Source: Hemiscyllium ocellatum
Lineage: Eukaryota
Reading direction: 5' to 3'
Assembly: GCF_020745735.1 (NCBI RefSeq)
Contig: NC_083430.1
Location: forward strand, 25,224,909 to 25,288,908
DNA length: 64,000 nucleotides
Shown: in pieces, positions 1 through 12,005 of the stretch
How positions within the stretch are numbered: the first letter of the stretch is position 1
How the letters are laid out: the number at the start of each line of letters is the position of its first letter
Position numbers and translations under genes: made by a program
Notes under the pieces: generated by a model
The model's input: the letters and a program-made list of their open reading frames with translations, nothing else
Databases searched by the model: none
What the model was told of the DNA's origin: nothing

Positions 1-2139
1 AGCTGCATATCACAGGGTGCAAAGGAGAAGGAAGGGCATGGTTAGAATACAGTAGATAGAGCAGGTCAGAGACTAGGAATACTGCAGCAAGTAACTCACT
101 TCCTGAACCCTTTGTCCACCATCTGCAAGGCACAAGTCAAGAGTGTGATGGAATACTCCCCATTTGCCTTGATGAGTACAGCTCAAGAAGCTTAACACTA
201 TCCAGGACAAAGCAAAGTGCTTGATTGGCACCACATCCACAAACATCCACTTCCTCCATTACTGATTTCAGTTTGTACTATCTATTAGATTTACTGTGGA
301 AAATCACTAAGGCTCCTCAGACAGCTAATTAGATATCACCACTACCATCTTGAAGGATAAAAGCATCATGTAAATGGGAAAACCACCAGCTGCAAGTTTC
401 CCTTCAAGCCACTCACCATCCTGACTTCCAAATATATCATCGTTCCTTCACTGTCACTGAGACAAAATCTTAGAGCTTAGAGTTCATCACCATTTTCTCA
501 AGGACAACCAGGGACAGGCAATCACAGCCAGCCCAGCCAATGTTGCCCACCTCCCCCAAGTGAATATCAAAAACCCTGGCGGTTGGAATCCATCCATCTT
601 TGTTCCCAAACCTTTCTGCTATCATGTTGCCACAACATCAACCTTTCCATCTGCTGAGGGAAAATCCCAACCTGTGTCTTTCACATGAGCTCAATCACAG
701 ACAAATGCATTTTTTTCAAAATGAGAAACATTTGTTGAATTAAATACAGGTAAAAAATATTAAACAGCTTTACTCTATAAACATCAAATGAAGATGCAAA
801 CCACACTTAAAGTAGATTACATTCACTTAACTCAAAAGTTACTTAAATAATGAAAAAAGTAATTAGACATATACCCCAATGCTTTCCATAAATACATTTA
901 CAGTACTTATGTTTGGTTGCCTTATGCTCTAGATTGATCTCCTAAACTTCTGTCTGAACTTTCAAAAGTTAATTAACCAATTTCCTCTTCTGCTAATTGT
1001 GAGAATCTTCCTCACCACAGTGGACATAAATATTGCTACCATGAGATGGCTAATTGTTTAAATGTGCCTCCTTCTCCTGAATAATCTGTGTGGGATGAAA
1101 CAAAATATCATTGCCTCAATTTAAAATAGACCAAGACTTGTGGCACCCCAGAATTTGGCTCAGATAACTTTAATTCATGTTCTTCAAAGCCTATCATCTA
1201 TAGCTTTTAAGGTCGTGGAGTTTTACTTTGAGGTGAAGCAGAATCCTTAAGCAGAATTCAGTTCCACAGTCCTTTCCTTGAAGAAAATAAAATCAAACAA
1301 CTCAAAATGATTGCAGGCATGAACTAGAAAACTGAGCTTGCTGTATGCAATTTTTGCACTGAATTAGATTGGAAACTGTACTTGACTGAAGCTATGTACA
1401 GAAGCATTATAAAAGAAAACATGAGACTGAGCCACCTATAGAGTTATAGGACAGGGAAAAAATGATCAAATTCTTGGTCAAAAAAGCAGCTTTATGTTTT
1501 AAAGCAGGAAAACACAGTAAACAGACAAAGAGGTTTCAGGAGGGAAATCCTGAGTTTATTGTGCCTTATTTAGCTGAAGGCAGAGCCACCAATATTGGGT
1601 TGAATTAGAAGAGCACTGCTATCTTGGTGACATGTAGGACATATAGAGGGGTAGGGGTTTGAAAACAAGGACGCAGGTTTTAAAGCAGAGAGTTTTCTTT
1701 GCCAGAAACTGGGGTAGGCCAGGTGTCACAGTGTGTCACAATGGGCATCACTGCAGAATTTTTTACATTCAGCTGAATAATCAAATGGAAACTTCATCCG
1801 AAATGTAGCAATACAGAGAGTACAGCACTGTTAGGACAATACTGAAATATCAGTACAGATTATGTGATGAACTCCTGTCTAAGAAATTCAGCCCTTACTT
1901 ATCTGACTTTGAGTCCAGAACCCAGAACAAAGCATCACAGTCAAAGGATACAGAGTAGGCAAGTTAGGACTGAGGTGAGGAGCAATTTATTCACCCAGAG
2001 GATGGTGTGCCTGTAGAATTCTCTGCCACAGAAAAAAGTGAAGACAAAACATTGCTTGTTTTCAAGAAGAAGTTAGATATAATTCTCGGGGCTAAAAGAT
2101 GAAAGATTCAGGGAGAAAGCACGAGCACAATACTGGGTT

Positions 2140-2752
2140 ATACAGTCATAGAGATGTACAGCATGAAAACAAATCCTTCAGTCCAACTCATCCATGCCGA
2201 CCAGATATCCCAACCTAATCTAGTCCCACCTGCCAGCACCCGGCCCATATCCTTCCAAACTTTTCCTATCCATATACCCATCCAAATGTCTTTCAATGTT
2301 GCACTTCCACCACTTCCTCTGGCAGTTCATTCCACACACGTTCTACCCTCTGCATGAAAAAGTTGCCCCTTAGGCCTCTTTTATATCTTTCCCCTCTCAA
2401 TCTAAGTCTCTGTCCTCTAGTTCTGGACTCCCCCACCCAGGGAAAAGACTTTGTCTATTTATCCTATCCATGCCATTCATGATTTAATAAATCTCTATAA
2501 GGTCACCCCTCAGCCTCTGACGCTCCAGGGAAACAAAAACCCCAGCTTATAGCTCAAATCCTCCAACCCTAGCAACATCCTTATCAATATTTTCTGAACC
2601 CTTTCAAGTTTCACAACATCATTCCAGTAGGAAGGAAACCAGAATTGCACACAATATTCCAAAAGTGGCCTAACCAACATCCTACAGCTGCAACATGACC
2701 TCCCAACTCCCATACTCAGTACTCTGACCAATAAAGAAAAAGATGCCAAATG
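2140..2752 (-). mobile_element. CR1 LINE 3' fragment nested in an older plus-strand CR1 tail (about 1910-2835)
   Basis: LVRPLLEYCVQFW...LERVQK ORF; CTATGA-type tail. Confidence 0.9.
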
Positions 2753-3558
2753 CCTAGATGATCAGCCATGATCTAATTAACTGATGGAGCAGGCTAGAAG
2801 GGCCAAATGGCTTATTCTTGCTCCTATTTTCTTTGTTGCTGTGTTTCTGGTATTAAATACATTATCAAATGAAACAATTGGTAATATTTATAGATCAGCT
2901 AACTATGGAACCGTAAAGGATAAGATGTAGGAGCTTTTGAGTTTCTCAAGGGTCATAAATACCATGTCAATGTTGGGTATCACTTTGCCAACTGGATAAC
3001 AAGGTAGCAGGGTAGATCATCCTCTCTTAAAGAGAACATCTGATTTTCATCCTGATCATTACTTTATCACATTGCCACCCAAATGCCAAGATAAAACCTT
3101 ATCCCTATGTCTTTGCGAAGTTGTCACATTGACAGACATGGGAACAAGTTAAATGTCATTCAGCTATTGTACAGTGGAATGTCGAGAGGTTTATGTCTAA
3201 ATTTGATCTAAATGTAGTGGAACCATCAGTGAAAAGGCATTTGATAAAGTATCGCGTAACAAACATGTTAACAGACTTGATGTGCTCCATGTTAAAGGAG
3301 TAGTAGCACCTGCATCAATACACAATTGCTGAAAGGACAGAAAGCAGTCAATGGTTGTTTTTTTTCAGAGTAGAGGGAATGTGCAGTGGTGGGATCACTG
3401 CTGTTAATGAAATATTAGTGGCCTGTATATACAGGACATAAATTCAAAGTTTCAGATGACTCAGAACTCAGAAATGTATGAAAGAGTAGGAAGGATGGAA
3501 TCTGGCAGAAAGCTGATGAATTGTTGTGGTTCTGCTCGCCGAGCTGTAAGTTTTTGCT

Positions 3559-3598
3559 GCAAACGTTTCGTTCCCTGGCTAGGGAACATCATCAGTGC
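3559..3598 (-). ncRNA. Mirror-copy hammerhead ribozyme in the inverted arm
   Basis: Exact reverse complement of 4350-4389. Confidence 0.85.
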
Positions 3599-4134
3599 GG
3601 TGGGAGCCTCGTGTGAAGCGCTGCTTTGATGTTTCTTCCGGTATTTATATTGGTTTGTTCTTGCCGCTTCCGGGTGTCAGTTTCAGCTGCAGTGATTTGT
3701 ATCTGGGGTCCAGGTCGATGTGTCTGTTGATGGATGTTCTTGCCGTTTCCGGGTGTCAGTTTCAGCTGTAGTGGTTTGTATATGGTGTCCAGGTCAATGT
3801 GTCTATTGATGGAGTTTGGGGATGAATGCCATGCTTCTAGGAATTCTCTGGCTGTTCTCTGTCTGGCTTGTCCTATGATAGTGGTGTTTTCCCAGTCAAA
3901 TTCATGTTGCTAGTGTCCTATATGTGACACTATATAGGACAAACAGGAAGACAGCTAACAATCCGCATCCACGAACATCAGCTAGCCACAAAACGACACG
4001 ACCAGCTATCTCTAGTAGCCATACACTCAGACAACCAGCAACATGAATTTGACTGGGAAAACACCACTATCATAGGACAAGCCAGACAGAGAACAGCCAG
4101 AGAATTCCTAGAAGCATGGCATTCATCCCCAAAC

Positions 4135-4292
4135 TCCATCAATAGACACATTGACCTGGACACCATATACAAACCACTACAGCTGAAACTGACACCCGGA
4201 AACGGCAAGAACATCCATCAACAGACACATCGACCTGGACCCCAGATACAAATCACTGCAGCTGAAACTGACACCCGGAAGCGGCAAGAACA
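4135..4292 (+). repeat. 79-bp imperfect tandem duplication inside the PLE 3' end
   Basis: Units 4135-4213 and 4214-4292 (tccatcaa.agacacat.gacctggac...cggcaagaaca); also present in the inverted arm. Confidence 0.85.
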
Positions 4293-4349
4293 AACCAATA
4301 TAAATACCGGAAGAAACATCAAAGCAGCGCTTCACACGAGGCTCCCACC

Positions 4350-4389
4350 GCACTGATGATGTTCCCTAGCCAGGGAACGAAACGTTTGC
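4350..4389 (+). ncRNA. Minimal type I hammerhead ribozyme (PLE family A)
   Basis: GCA-CTGATGA-T-GTTCCCT(agcc)AGGGAAC-GAAA-CGTT^TGC; stem I GCA/TGC; palindromic ACGT helix III. Confidence 0.85.
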
Positions 4390-5361
4390 AGCAAAAACTT
4401 ACAGCTCGGCGAGCAGAACCACAACAACGGATACCCGAGCTACAAATCTTCAATCAGATTTTAAGCTGATGAATTACTCAGTTGAAATTTATCACAGGGA
4501 AGTGTGAAGTAATTGTGTTTGGTCAGAAGAATCAGGGAGGCAATATGAACTACAAAGTGGATGCAGAAGCAAGGTATGTATACATACAAGTCATTGAAGG
4601 TGGCTGGATAAGATGTGAACGCATTCGAAAGGTAGATAGGACCCCTGGCTTCATTCATAGGGCCACAAAGTACAAAAGCAAGGAAATAATGCTAAAACTT
4701 TATAAAAAAAAACATTGGTTATGCCTCATTTGAAGTTTGTGGTCAGTTCTAGGTGCCACACTTTCAGAAAGATGTCAAGGTTTTAACGAGGAAGTGTAAA
4801 GGAGGTTTATTCAATTAATAGTAGGAATTAAAGACTTGGGCTGTCTGAAGAGACTGAGGAAATTGGAAGGGGTTCCTATTAGAGCAGCAGGGATTAAAGG
4901 AGTTTAGGTAGAGGTGTACAACATTATAAAAGGGCTTAAATAAAGTAAGTTGCCTTGATTTCCATGGCATATGTGGAGGTGACCAAAAGACACAGATTTA
5001 AGATATTTCACAAAAGAAACAGAGGTAACAACTTGAAAAAAATTACATAATGACTTGTAATGATCTGAAAGGCACTGCCTGAAAGGATAATGTGAGCAGA
5101 TACAATCATAACTTCCAAAAGTGAAATTGATAAGGACTTGAAGCAGATCAATAGGGAAGAGCAGGTGAGTGGAACGAATTGTATTGCACTTTGAATGTGT
5201 AGGCATGGGCCACATGGCCTCCTTCCAAGCTGTATCATTCTATCATTCAATGAGAAGAGTAGAAAGTGTCATCAATGTGCAGAAGGAATAGATTGGAAGA
5301 GAAGACAGATAGTCAGTATAAAACAGTCAACGGCAGCATTCCTAGTAACTTTTTTCTTTGT

Positions 5362-5560
5362 CAGAAGTCACACAACACCAGGTTACAGTCCAACAAATTT
5401 ATGTGAACTCACAAGATTTTGGAGTGCTGTTCCTTCATCTGGTGAAAGGGCAGCTCCCCGAAAGCTTGTGAGTTCAAATAAACCTGTTGGACTAAAACCT
5501 GGTGTCATGTGACTTTTGAACTTGCCCACGCCAGTCCAATACTGGCACCTCTGCATCATG
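5362..5560 (+). mobile_element. Older palindromic family-C insertion
   Basis: Inverted arms cacacaacaccaggtt...ccttcatc / ccgaaagctt...cctggtgtcatgtg plus tail ccagtccaatactggcacctc. Confidence 0.75.
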
Positions 5561-5944
5561 ATTTTTCTTCCACATGGCCCTCTGAGATCTGTGCTCAGGA
5601 GCAATTTCTGAAACTGGAAGTCAGTGTCGTGAAGGGCACACCAATTACTGTGCATGTGTCCTTGGAGTGGGTGCACGTAGCTGTTCAGCTTCGCGGGGAT
5701 GTCGGTCAGTGTTGGAACAATCATCAACAGTGCATCGAGGTCAGATCGTGCATAGCTCCGAAATTAGTTGAACACTAGTTCTACTGATGACAATTTGTAA
5801 ATTGTTCCCACAATCATTTAGACTCCAAACTACTCAACAGTATAATAAAAGATCCTTTTAAATCTTTAAGCAACTTTTTCAAATAGGCTGCAAGAGCATG
5901 CTACTGTGGACCACTTTAACTCCAGAGAAGAGTTAGTTCAAACC

Positions 5945-6300
5945 AGAATCATAGCATGCCTATTCAGAAAGAGGCCATTCAACCTATTGGGTCCACACTG
6001 ACACTCCAAAGACCATCCCACTCAGCCCCCTACCCGATCCAATCCCCATAATCCTACATTTTCTCTGGCTAATCCACCTAGTTTGCACAAACCTGGACAC
6101 TACAGGCAATTTAGCATGGCCAATCCATCTAACCGGTACATTTTTGGACTGTGGGAGGAAACTGGAGCCACTGGCAGAAACCCACGCAGACACAGGGGGA
6201 ACATGCAAACTCCCCACAGTCAGTCACCCAAGACTAGAATCAAACCCAGGTCGCTGGCACTGTGAGGCGACAGTTCTAACCATTGAACCATTGTGCCACT
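5945..6300 (-). mobile_element. HE1-type V-SINE
   Basis: ggcaatttagcatggccaat...tttggactgtgggaggaaac core plus tRNA head. Confidence 0.85.
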
Positions 6301-8195
6301 CATAAATCTAAATAACGCCTAAATGGCATGGTGATGGTGGACTAAGATGGTGGAAGGGCCTGAGAGCAGCGATGACTGTGGCTGAGCGAATGGTAAAGGA
6401 GAAGGCATTGGTAGCATCGGCAGGGCAACAAAGCCAGGATGAGGCAAACTCGACTCCACCCCAGCCCAGGTTTCCTAGCCCAAACTCACAGGCTGAGCCA
6501 AGGCTCCAGGTCTGCAGCTTGGCCCAGGTGCCTGAATGCACCGCAGCATCGGTGGAGTGGACGGCAGCGAACCACTGTGAGCGTAGTCTGGTGGCATTAT
6601 CTGGATGAGCATTGGTTGGGGCTCCGGATGTATGAAAACTGGCCCATGGCTCCAGTTCAGACACAGCAGTCATGGGAATGGCAATAACGGAGGTTCGTAA
6701 CTGATACCTGGAGCCCATTACAGAGACCCCAGCCAATGTCAAGTGGAGCAACGGAGGAGAAACTAAAAGGGAAGAGAAAGATAAACCCTACTTTAGAATG
6801 TCTTTTAATATATTCAGTAATCCAAAATGGTGCTGGAGGGTGGTGACACTAAACACTTATCATTTTTTAAAATATACATATGACAATAAGCCATTCAATT
6901 TAATTGAAATATTCCCAAGTAAGTTAAACAAAGAGAAAATCAACTGGAAAATAACCTAAGTCCCTTGAAGAAATTATTTCTTGCTTTGCTCCCTCTAGGT
7001 CAGGCCACACTCACACAGTGAATTGTGATGGATTCCTACATTGTGATGACAGTAATCATCTTGGCCCCTAAAGTTCTAATCAGCAAACTCATCCTCCCTT
7101 CAAAAGTTCCCACACTTTGAGTTAGAACTGGCGCTGAGAACGTGTCAACAGTAGAAGAGGACAAGTGACTCCTTATCGCCAAAGAAATACTTCTCTGTTT
7201 GGAGCTGACAGCAATGAACGGAATCGTTTTTCTCCTGTCACATTTTCGTAATTAGATGCTATCTGAAACTGCTGCTGCCACTATATAACTGTGAGACTGA
7301 TAATTCTGTGGACATAAGATTGGCCTTGTCAATCAGGAAATGGAGTTCTTGGCCAAAGCTCAAATTGTGTACGTTTTCTGCACTTTTCGACAAGCAAATA
7401 TTGCATCACGTAATAAGCATAATTTGAAAAATTCCAGGGGTCTGTGGATTTTGTAGATTTTACCAATGTATAATTTGGTTGAGTTTCCAAGTTCCTGCAA
7501 ACAACAACATTTCTCTTATAGTTCTGCTATATACTATTTTCGAGCCATGATTGAAATTTAGTAACCATGAAATCCTAAATACTTTAAGTCCTATTTAGAT
7601 GCCATATGGGTGATGAATTGACTACAGCACAGCAAGTAAGTGAAAAGCTTGTCGAGTTCCTGGTGTTATTCTCAACAAATGCAGTGCAGTGTGAATAGTG
7701 TCAGTGTGGTACTGGTGTCCATTGTTGTGTCCTTTGAGACAGCAAAGAATGACAACATAGCCAATGAAATCCAAACTTGTTTTATTTTCCAGATGTACTT
7801 TATGATCAGAGATTTGTATTATGTAAATTTTGCCCTATATTCCAGGTAGAAAAATAAATAAAGAATCCCCTGGAAACAATTATTAAAGATGTGAGAATTG
7901 ACACTTAGGAAATTATAATATGTTTGCTCAGAGTCAGCAGGATTCTATGAAATTGTGCTTTAAGTGGCTGTTAGAGTTTCTAAGATTGTATCTAGTAATG
8001 TAGACAAGGGGAAACCATTAGTTTTAGTGTTCTTTGACTCTCAAAAAGCATGCAATAAGGTGCCACTGACGAGGTTACTTTGCCAAGTTATGATCTATAG
8101 AATTGAAAACACTGTATTAGTATAGCTTAAAGATTGGTGACAGATAAAAAGCACAGAAGAGGAATAAATGGGTATTTTTGATTTGGCAGGCTGTA

Positions 8196-8369
8196 CAGAG
8201 AAACCTCGATTACCTGAATGACACAGGCATGGGGTATTTTGTTGGATAATCGAATGTTCGGATAATTGAATGCCGGATAACACAGTTTAGCCAAGCATTA
8301 GGACCTTGCGATCTTGTCAGATAATCAGAAATTCAGATAATTCAATGACGGATAATCGAGGTTCCTCCG
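8196..8369. mobile_element. Tc1/mariner (pogo/Tigger-like) MITE
   Basis: TA TSD at 8194-8195 and 8370-8371; TIRs CAGAGAAACCTCGATTA / TAATCGAGGTTCCTCCG; repeated GATAA(T) motifs; splits a CR1 RT WQAV|TSGVPQGSV motif. Confidence 0.85.
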
Positions 8370-9559
8370 TACTTAGCTGGGTACTGCAAAGATCAGTGTG
8401 TGGGCCTCAACGATGTACAATCTATATCAATGAATAAGATGGAGACTGAGGACAATAGATCCAAGCTAGCTGCGAATACAAAGTCCGGTGGGAAATTACG
8501 CTGTGAGGGAGATATAGAGAGATTAACTGAGTTGGCATGAATGTGCCAGATAGAACATTAGCTGCAGAAATACAAACTTATTGATTTTAGAAGTAAGGCA
8601 GAAAATTTTATTCTCCATTTGATTTCCCATTCCATCAACTTCCTGAATTTAGTTGTCTCATTACAGGTAAATCAAGCACCATCAACAGGGAAAAGTAATA
8701 TAAATAATATAAAATGGTTCACTGGTGGGAATTTTCAAGAAGCAGCATGCTATAAGCAAGGATGAATACGTTATTTTATTACTATTCAACAGTAGGTTGC
8801 GCACATCACTGGTTGGGCCAGTATTTATTGCCCATTCTGAATGCTCTTGAGAAGACCATGCTGAGCTGCCTTCTTAAACTGCTGTAGTCGATGTGTGGTA
8901 GGTGTACCCACAATGCAACTGGATTTTCCAAGGCCTTTGACACAATAATAGTGAAGGAATAGTAATATAGTTCCAGTTAAGCTCCGTATGTGTGACTTGA
9001 AGCAACATAGGAGCAATTGGCAGCAGTCGGACAGTTAGCCCCTTGAACATGATCTGCCATTCAGTAAGGTCATTGGCTGGTCTGACCTCCATCCCCATTA
9101 ATTCTGATAACTTTTCATACCCTTGCTAAATAAGAATCCATCTACCTTTACCTTAAAAATAATCAGGAACATTGTTTTCACCACCTTTTCAAAAGGAGAG
9201 TGCCCAAGACTCACAACTCTTTGACAGAAAAACTGTTCAAACTGAACCTCAGGTTTTTTTGACTATGTCCGAGTTATGTTTAATTTTTTTTGGAGGAATT
9301 TTCACTATGAGCCCTTGCAAATTCTCTTGCTGTATCTTATCAAACTGGTCTCATTGCTTACCTGCTCTGCCCCATGGTGACCTTCCTGTCTGACTCCATG
9401 CATCAGTCCCAGAAAAAAACTCACTGTTCAGTGAATATCTGCCAAAAGTCCAGCCTCCCTTGTCTCTACATCATCTTTAAAATGTGACTGTGCCTGTGCA
9501 CCAGCACTGCAAATCCAAAACTGCCCTGCTCATTGATGGATAGAACCTGAACATGGCAG

Positions 9560-9770
9560 AGAAGGCGATGATGATGGTGAAACAAGGGTCCAAAAATCCT
9601 GGGCAAAGATAGATGTCCTCATTTTGGAAGACTGGCAGAGGACCCAATGCCTCCAGATACTGGCAGCTGGTACCTGGTCATCACCCGGGTCACTGCTATC
9701 CTCACTATGTGCAGGAAAGGCCAGCAATGCCATAGAAAGTTCAGTGACTTTCGCTGCGCCAGGGTAAGTG
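9560..9770 (+). mobile_element. Possible PIF/Harbinger Myb/SANT-gene remnant
   Basis: W..V...V.A.....R.GQQCHRKFSDF followed by a GTAAGT donor, resembling the Myb_DNA-bind_5 C-terminus. Confidence 0.35.
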
Positions 9771-11799
9771 CCATTCTCTGCTATTTCACACTCACTGTAT
9801 CTCTGCTACTGTACCCACCTCCCACCAAGGTTCATGTTCTGCCTGTCTCATTGCTACCTGCAACACCTTCCCTTGCAAGCTCTCATTCCCCCAATCTCCC
9901 ACAGCACTCATCATGCACGGTCACTGTGCTATCTCCTCTGAATACCTCATCACCTTTCGAACACCTTCACCTGCACTAAAATCCGTGTCACCTACTTTCC
10001 TCTTATTTCTCACATTGCAGAAGAGCATAGCCTCCAGGAAGGCAGGGAGACGCTATTGTGGGGGAAGGATGCATAGAAGGATATTTCACAATGCACCAAC
10101 TACAAACAGAGAATCCCTGCCCTTGCAGGCCAAGACCGGGCCTACTACTGGGGAGCTTCTAAAATGTCCCATCCATCATTCCACTGCAACTCTCACATTG
10201 ATTCTGTTGTCAGCACCAGTCATTGCACACCACTTCAGAACCATTGGCCAAACACTTTCTCTCTCTTTTGCCTTTCAGGCACCAATATCTCTACCACCAC
10301 CTAGAAGCAATGCCCAGCTCCCTCATCGTTCAACTCCTGAACCTTGGGATGAGAGAACTGAGACCACAGAGGAAGTGTCAGTGTGGCTGTCTCTAGGAGA
10401 GAATCCTGGCTGTTTAAAGCCAAAACCAGTACTGCTACCATGCAACATCCATGTCATCTCTTCAATCCATCACAACTCTCAATAATAGACAACGCAAGGC
10501 AAGGCAGGAGTTGGACACTCCAGTCAAGCAGGTAGATTCTAAGTGAGCAAGCACTAAGAGAGTAAGCAAGATGCCCTGGGATGGTCGTTGGGCCAATTCT
10601 TTGGCTGGATCCCTGTCTGTGCATCCAAAATGTTCCTTCTGCAGCCTTCCAATGCTAGTTACCATTGTGTCCTGCGATACAAGTCTGTGCTTCCAGAGTA
10701 CCCTGCCTGTGTGTCAGAGGTGCGCCATGATGGATTGTCAAGGATTGGCAAATATCCATGGACGTCGAGGGGAGGAGGTGTGGGTGGGTGGGGCATGAGC
10801 CTGGTGCCCTGAATCATGCCCTGAGCTGCAATTTGATTTAACATAACATGAAGGTCACTTGCAGCCCATGGTGAGTTGAATCTGCCAGGTAGTTGCTATG
10901 GATTCCATATTGAGTTCTCTCAACATCTAACTTACTTGGCAAATTCAGTGAGATAGGAAACTAAATAATAATGAGGTGAGTTGGGCCACCAACAAGGTGC
11001 CTAAGAAGCTTTAATTCCCCTCTATTTGACAATTTGCTGCTGTCTTGCAAGAAACTCACTTTTGCCACTTGTCAAAAGTGTAACAGATGGTGTGAGATGC
11101 TCCCAACATCAAGATGGGTCATGCCAGATTTCTCATTCTATTCTACCACACTTCTTGCCATAGTCCATGTCACACAGATCCTGAAACAATGCCACCCATC
11201 ATCTCATTTTCGTTTTAAATGGTCTACTTCAGGAGAACTTGCAAGTGGTCCTGTGCCTGTGTATCTACTGACCTTGTTCTTTTATGTGGTTGGAGTCATG
11301 GATTTGGAAGGTGCTAAAAAAGGAGACTTAGCAGGTTACTGTAGCAGTGCATCTTATAGAAGACACACACTGCATTCAATGTGCTTGATGGTTTAATGGC
11401 TTCATATCAGGGTTCAAGGTCAGTGAATGAACCTTCAAATAACATAATCCACTGGCTAACCATTAGGCTCAGACACTATCCAAATCAACACAACCCTATC
11501 ACCTAGTACTAATCTCTATCAATCAGAACTCATACCTGCTTCACCTCGCTTTACATACCTAATATCATTACAAACCTCACACCCACATCTTAAAGCATGT
11601 ACATACCATCAAGTTTTTTTCTCTCTTGACAAGATGTGGGTGTTGCAGGCAAGAGCAACATTTGTTACGCATCCCAAGTGTCTTTGAGAAGGTGGTGGTG
11701 AACTGTCTTGATAAATTATTGCAGTGAATGTGCTCCCACTGTGCTATTGTAGGATTTTTGACCTAGTGTTTGCAATGATAGCCACATCAACCAGACATA

Positions 11800-12005
11800 T
11801 TAGAATCAAATGAATCTCCACAAAGTGGAAAGAGGACATTTGGACCATTGAGTCAGCACTGCCCCTTATGCACAGCATCCAACCCAGACTCAGACCCTTA
11901 CATTATCCCAGTACCCAGCATTTGTCATGGACAACCCACCTAGCCTGCACATGTTTGAACTGTGGGAGGAAGCCAGAGCACCTGGTAGAAATCACGCAGA
12001 CAAGG
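11800..12005 (-). mobile_element. Old HE1-like SINE fragment
   Basis: cctgcacatgtttgaactgtgggaggaagccagagcacctgg core. Confidence 0.65.

Larger units (their letters stand above)
3523..4462 (+). mobile_element. Penelope/Poseidon-type PLE, 5'-truncated, palindromic insertion
   Basis: GIY-YIG C-terminal frame 3928-4356 (HYIGQTGRQLTIRIHEHQ...HEFDWENTTIIG...REFLEAWHS); 391-bp inverted arms 3521-3911 and 4037-4427; TSD AAGCTGATGAATT at 3510-3522 and 4463-4475; inserted in a CR1 copy. Confidence 0.93.
3230..5230 (+). mobile_element. Old CR1 RT fragment split by the PLE
   Basis: aaggcatttgataaagt, then MKF...KCEVIVFG and LKLYK motifs after the PLE. Confidence 0.8.

Noticed and set aside
3521-4427. 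Long palindrome as an assembly chimera or DNA-transposon TIRs
   Set aside because: A 13-bp TSD, asymmetric tail, GIY-YIG coding and the continuous host CR1 on both sides indicate a real PLE insertion.
6308-6905. GC-rich overlapping ORFs
   Set aside because: No domain; ends in a gacaataa-type tail like the Rex1 element, so more likely a non-autonomous repeat than a gene.
9913-10485. Longest ORF in the track (190 aa)
   Set aside because: No recognisable domain; lies in probable decayed transposon sequence.
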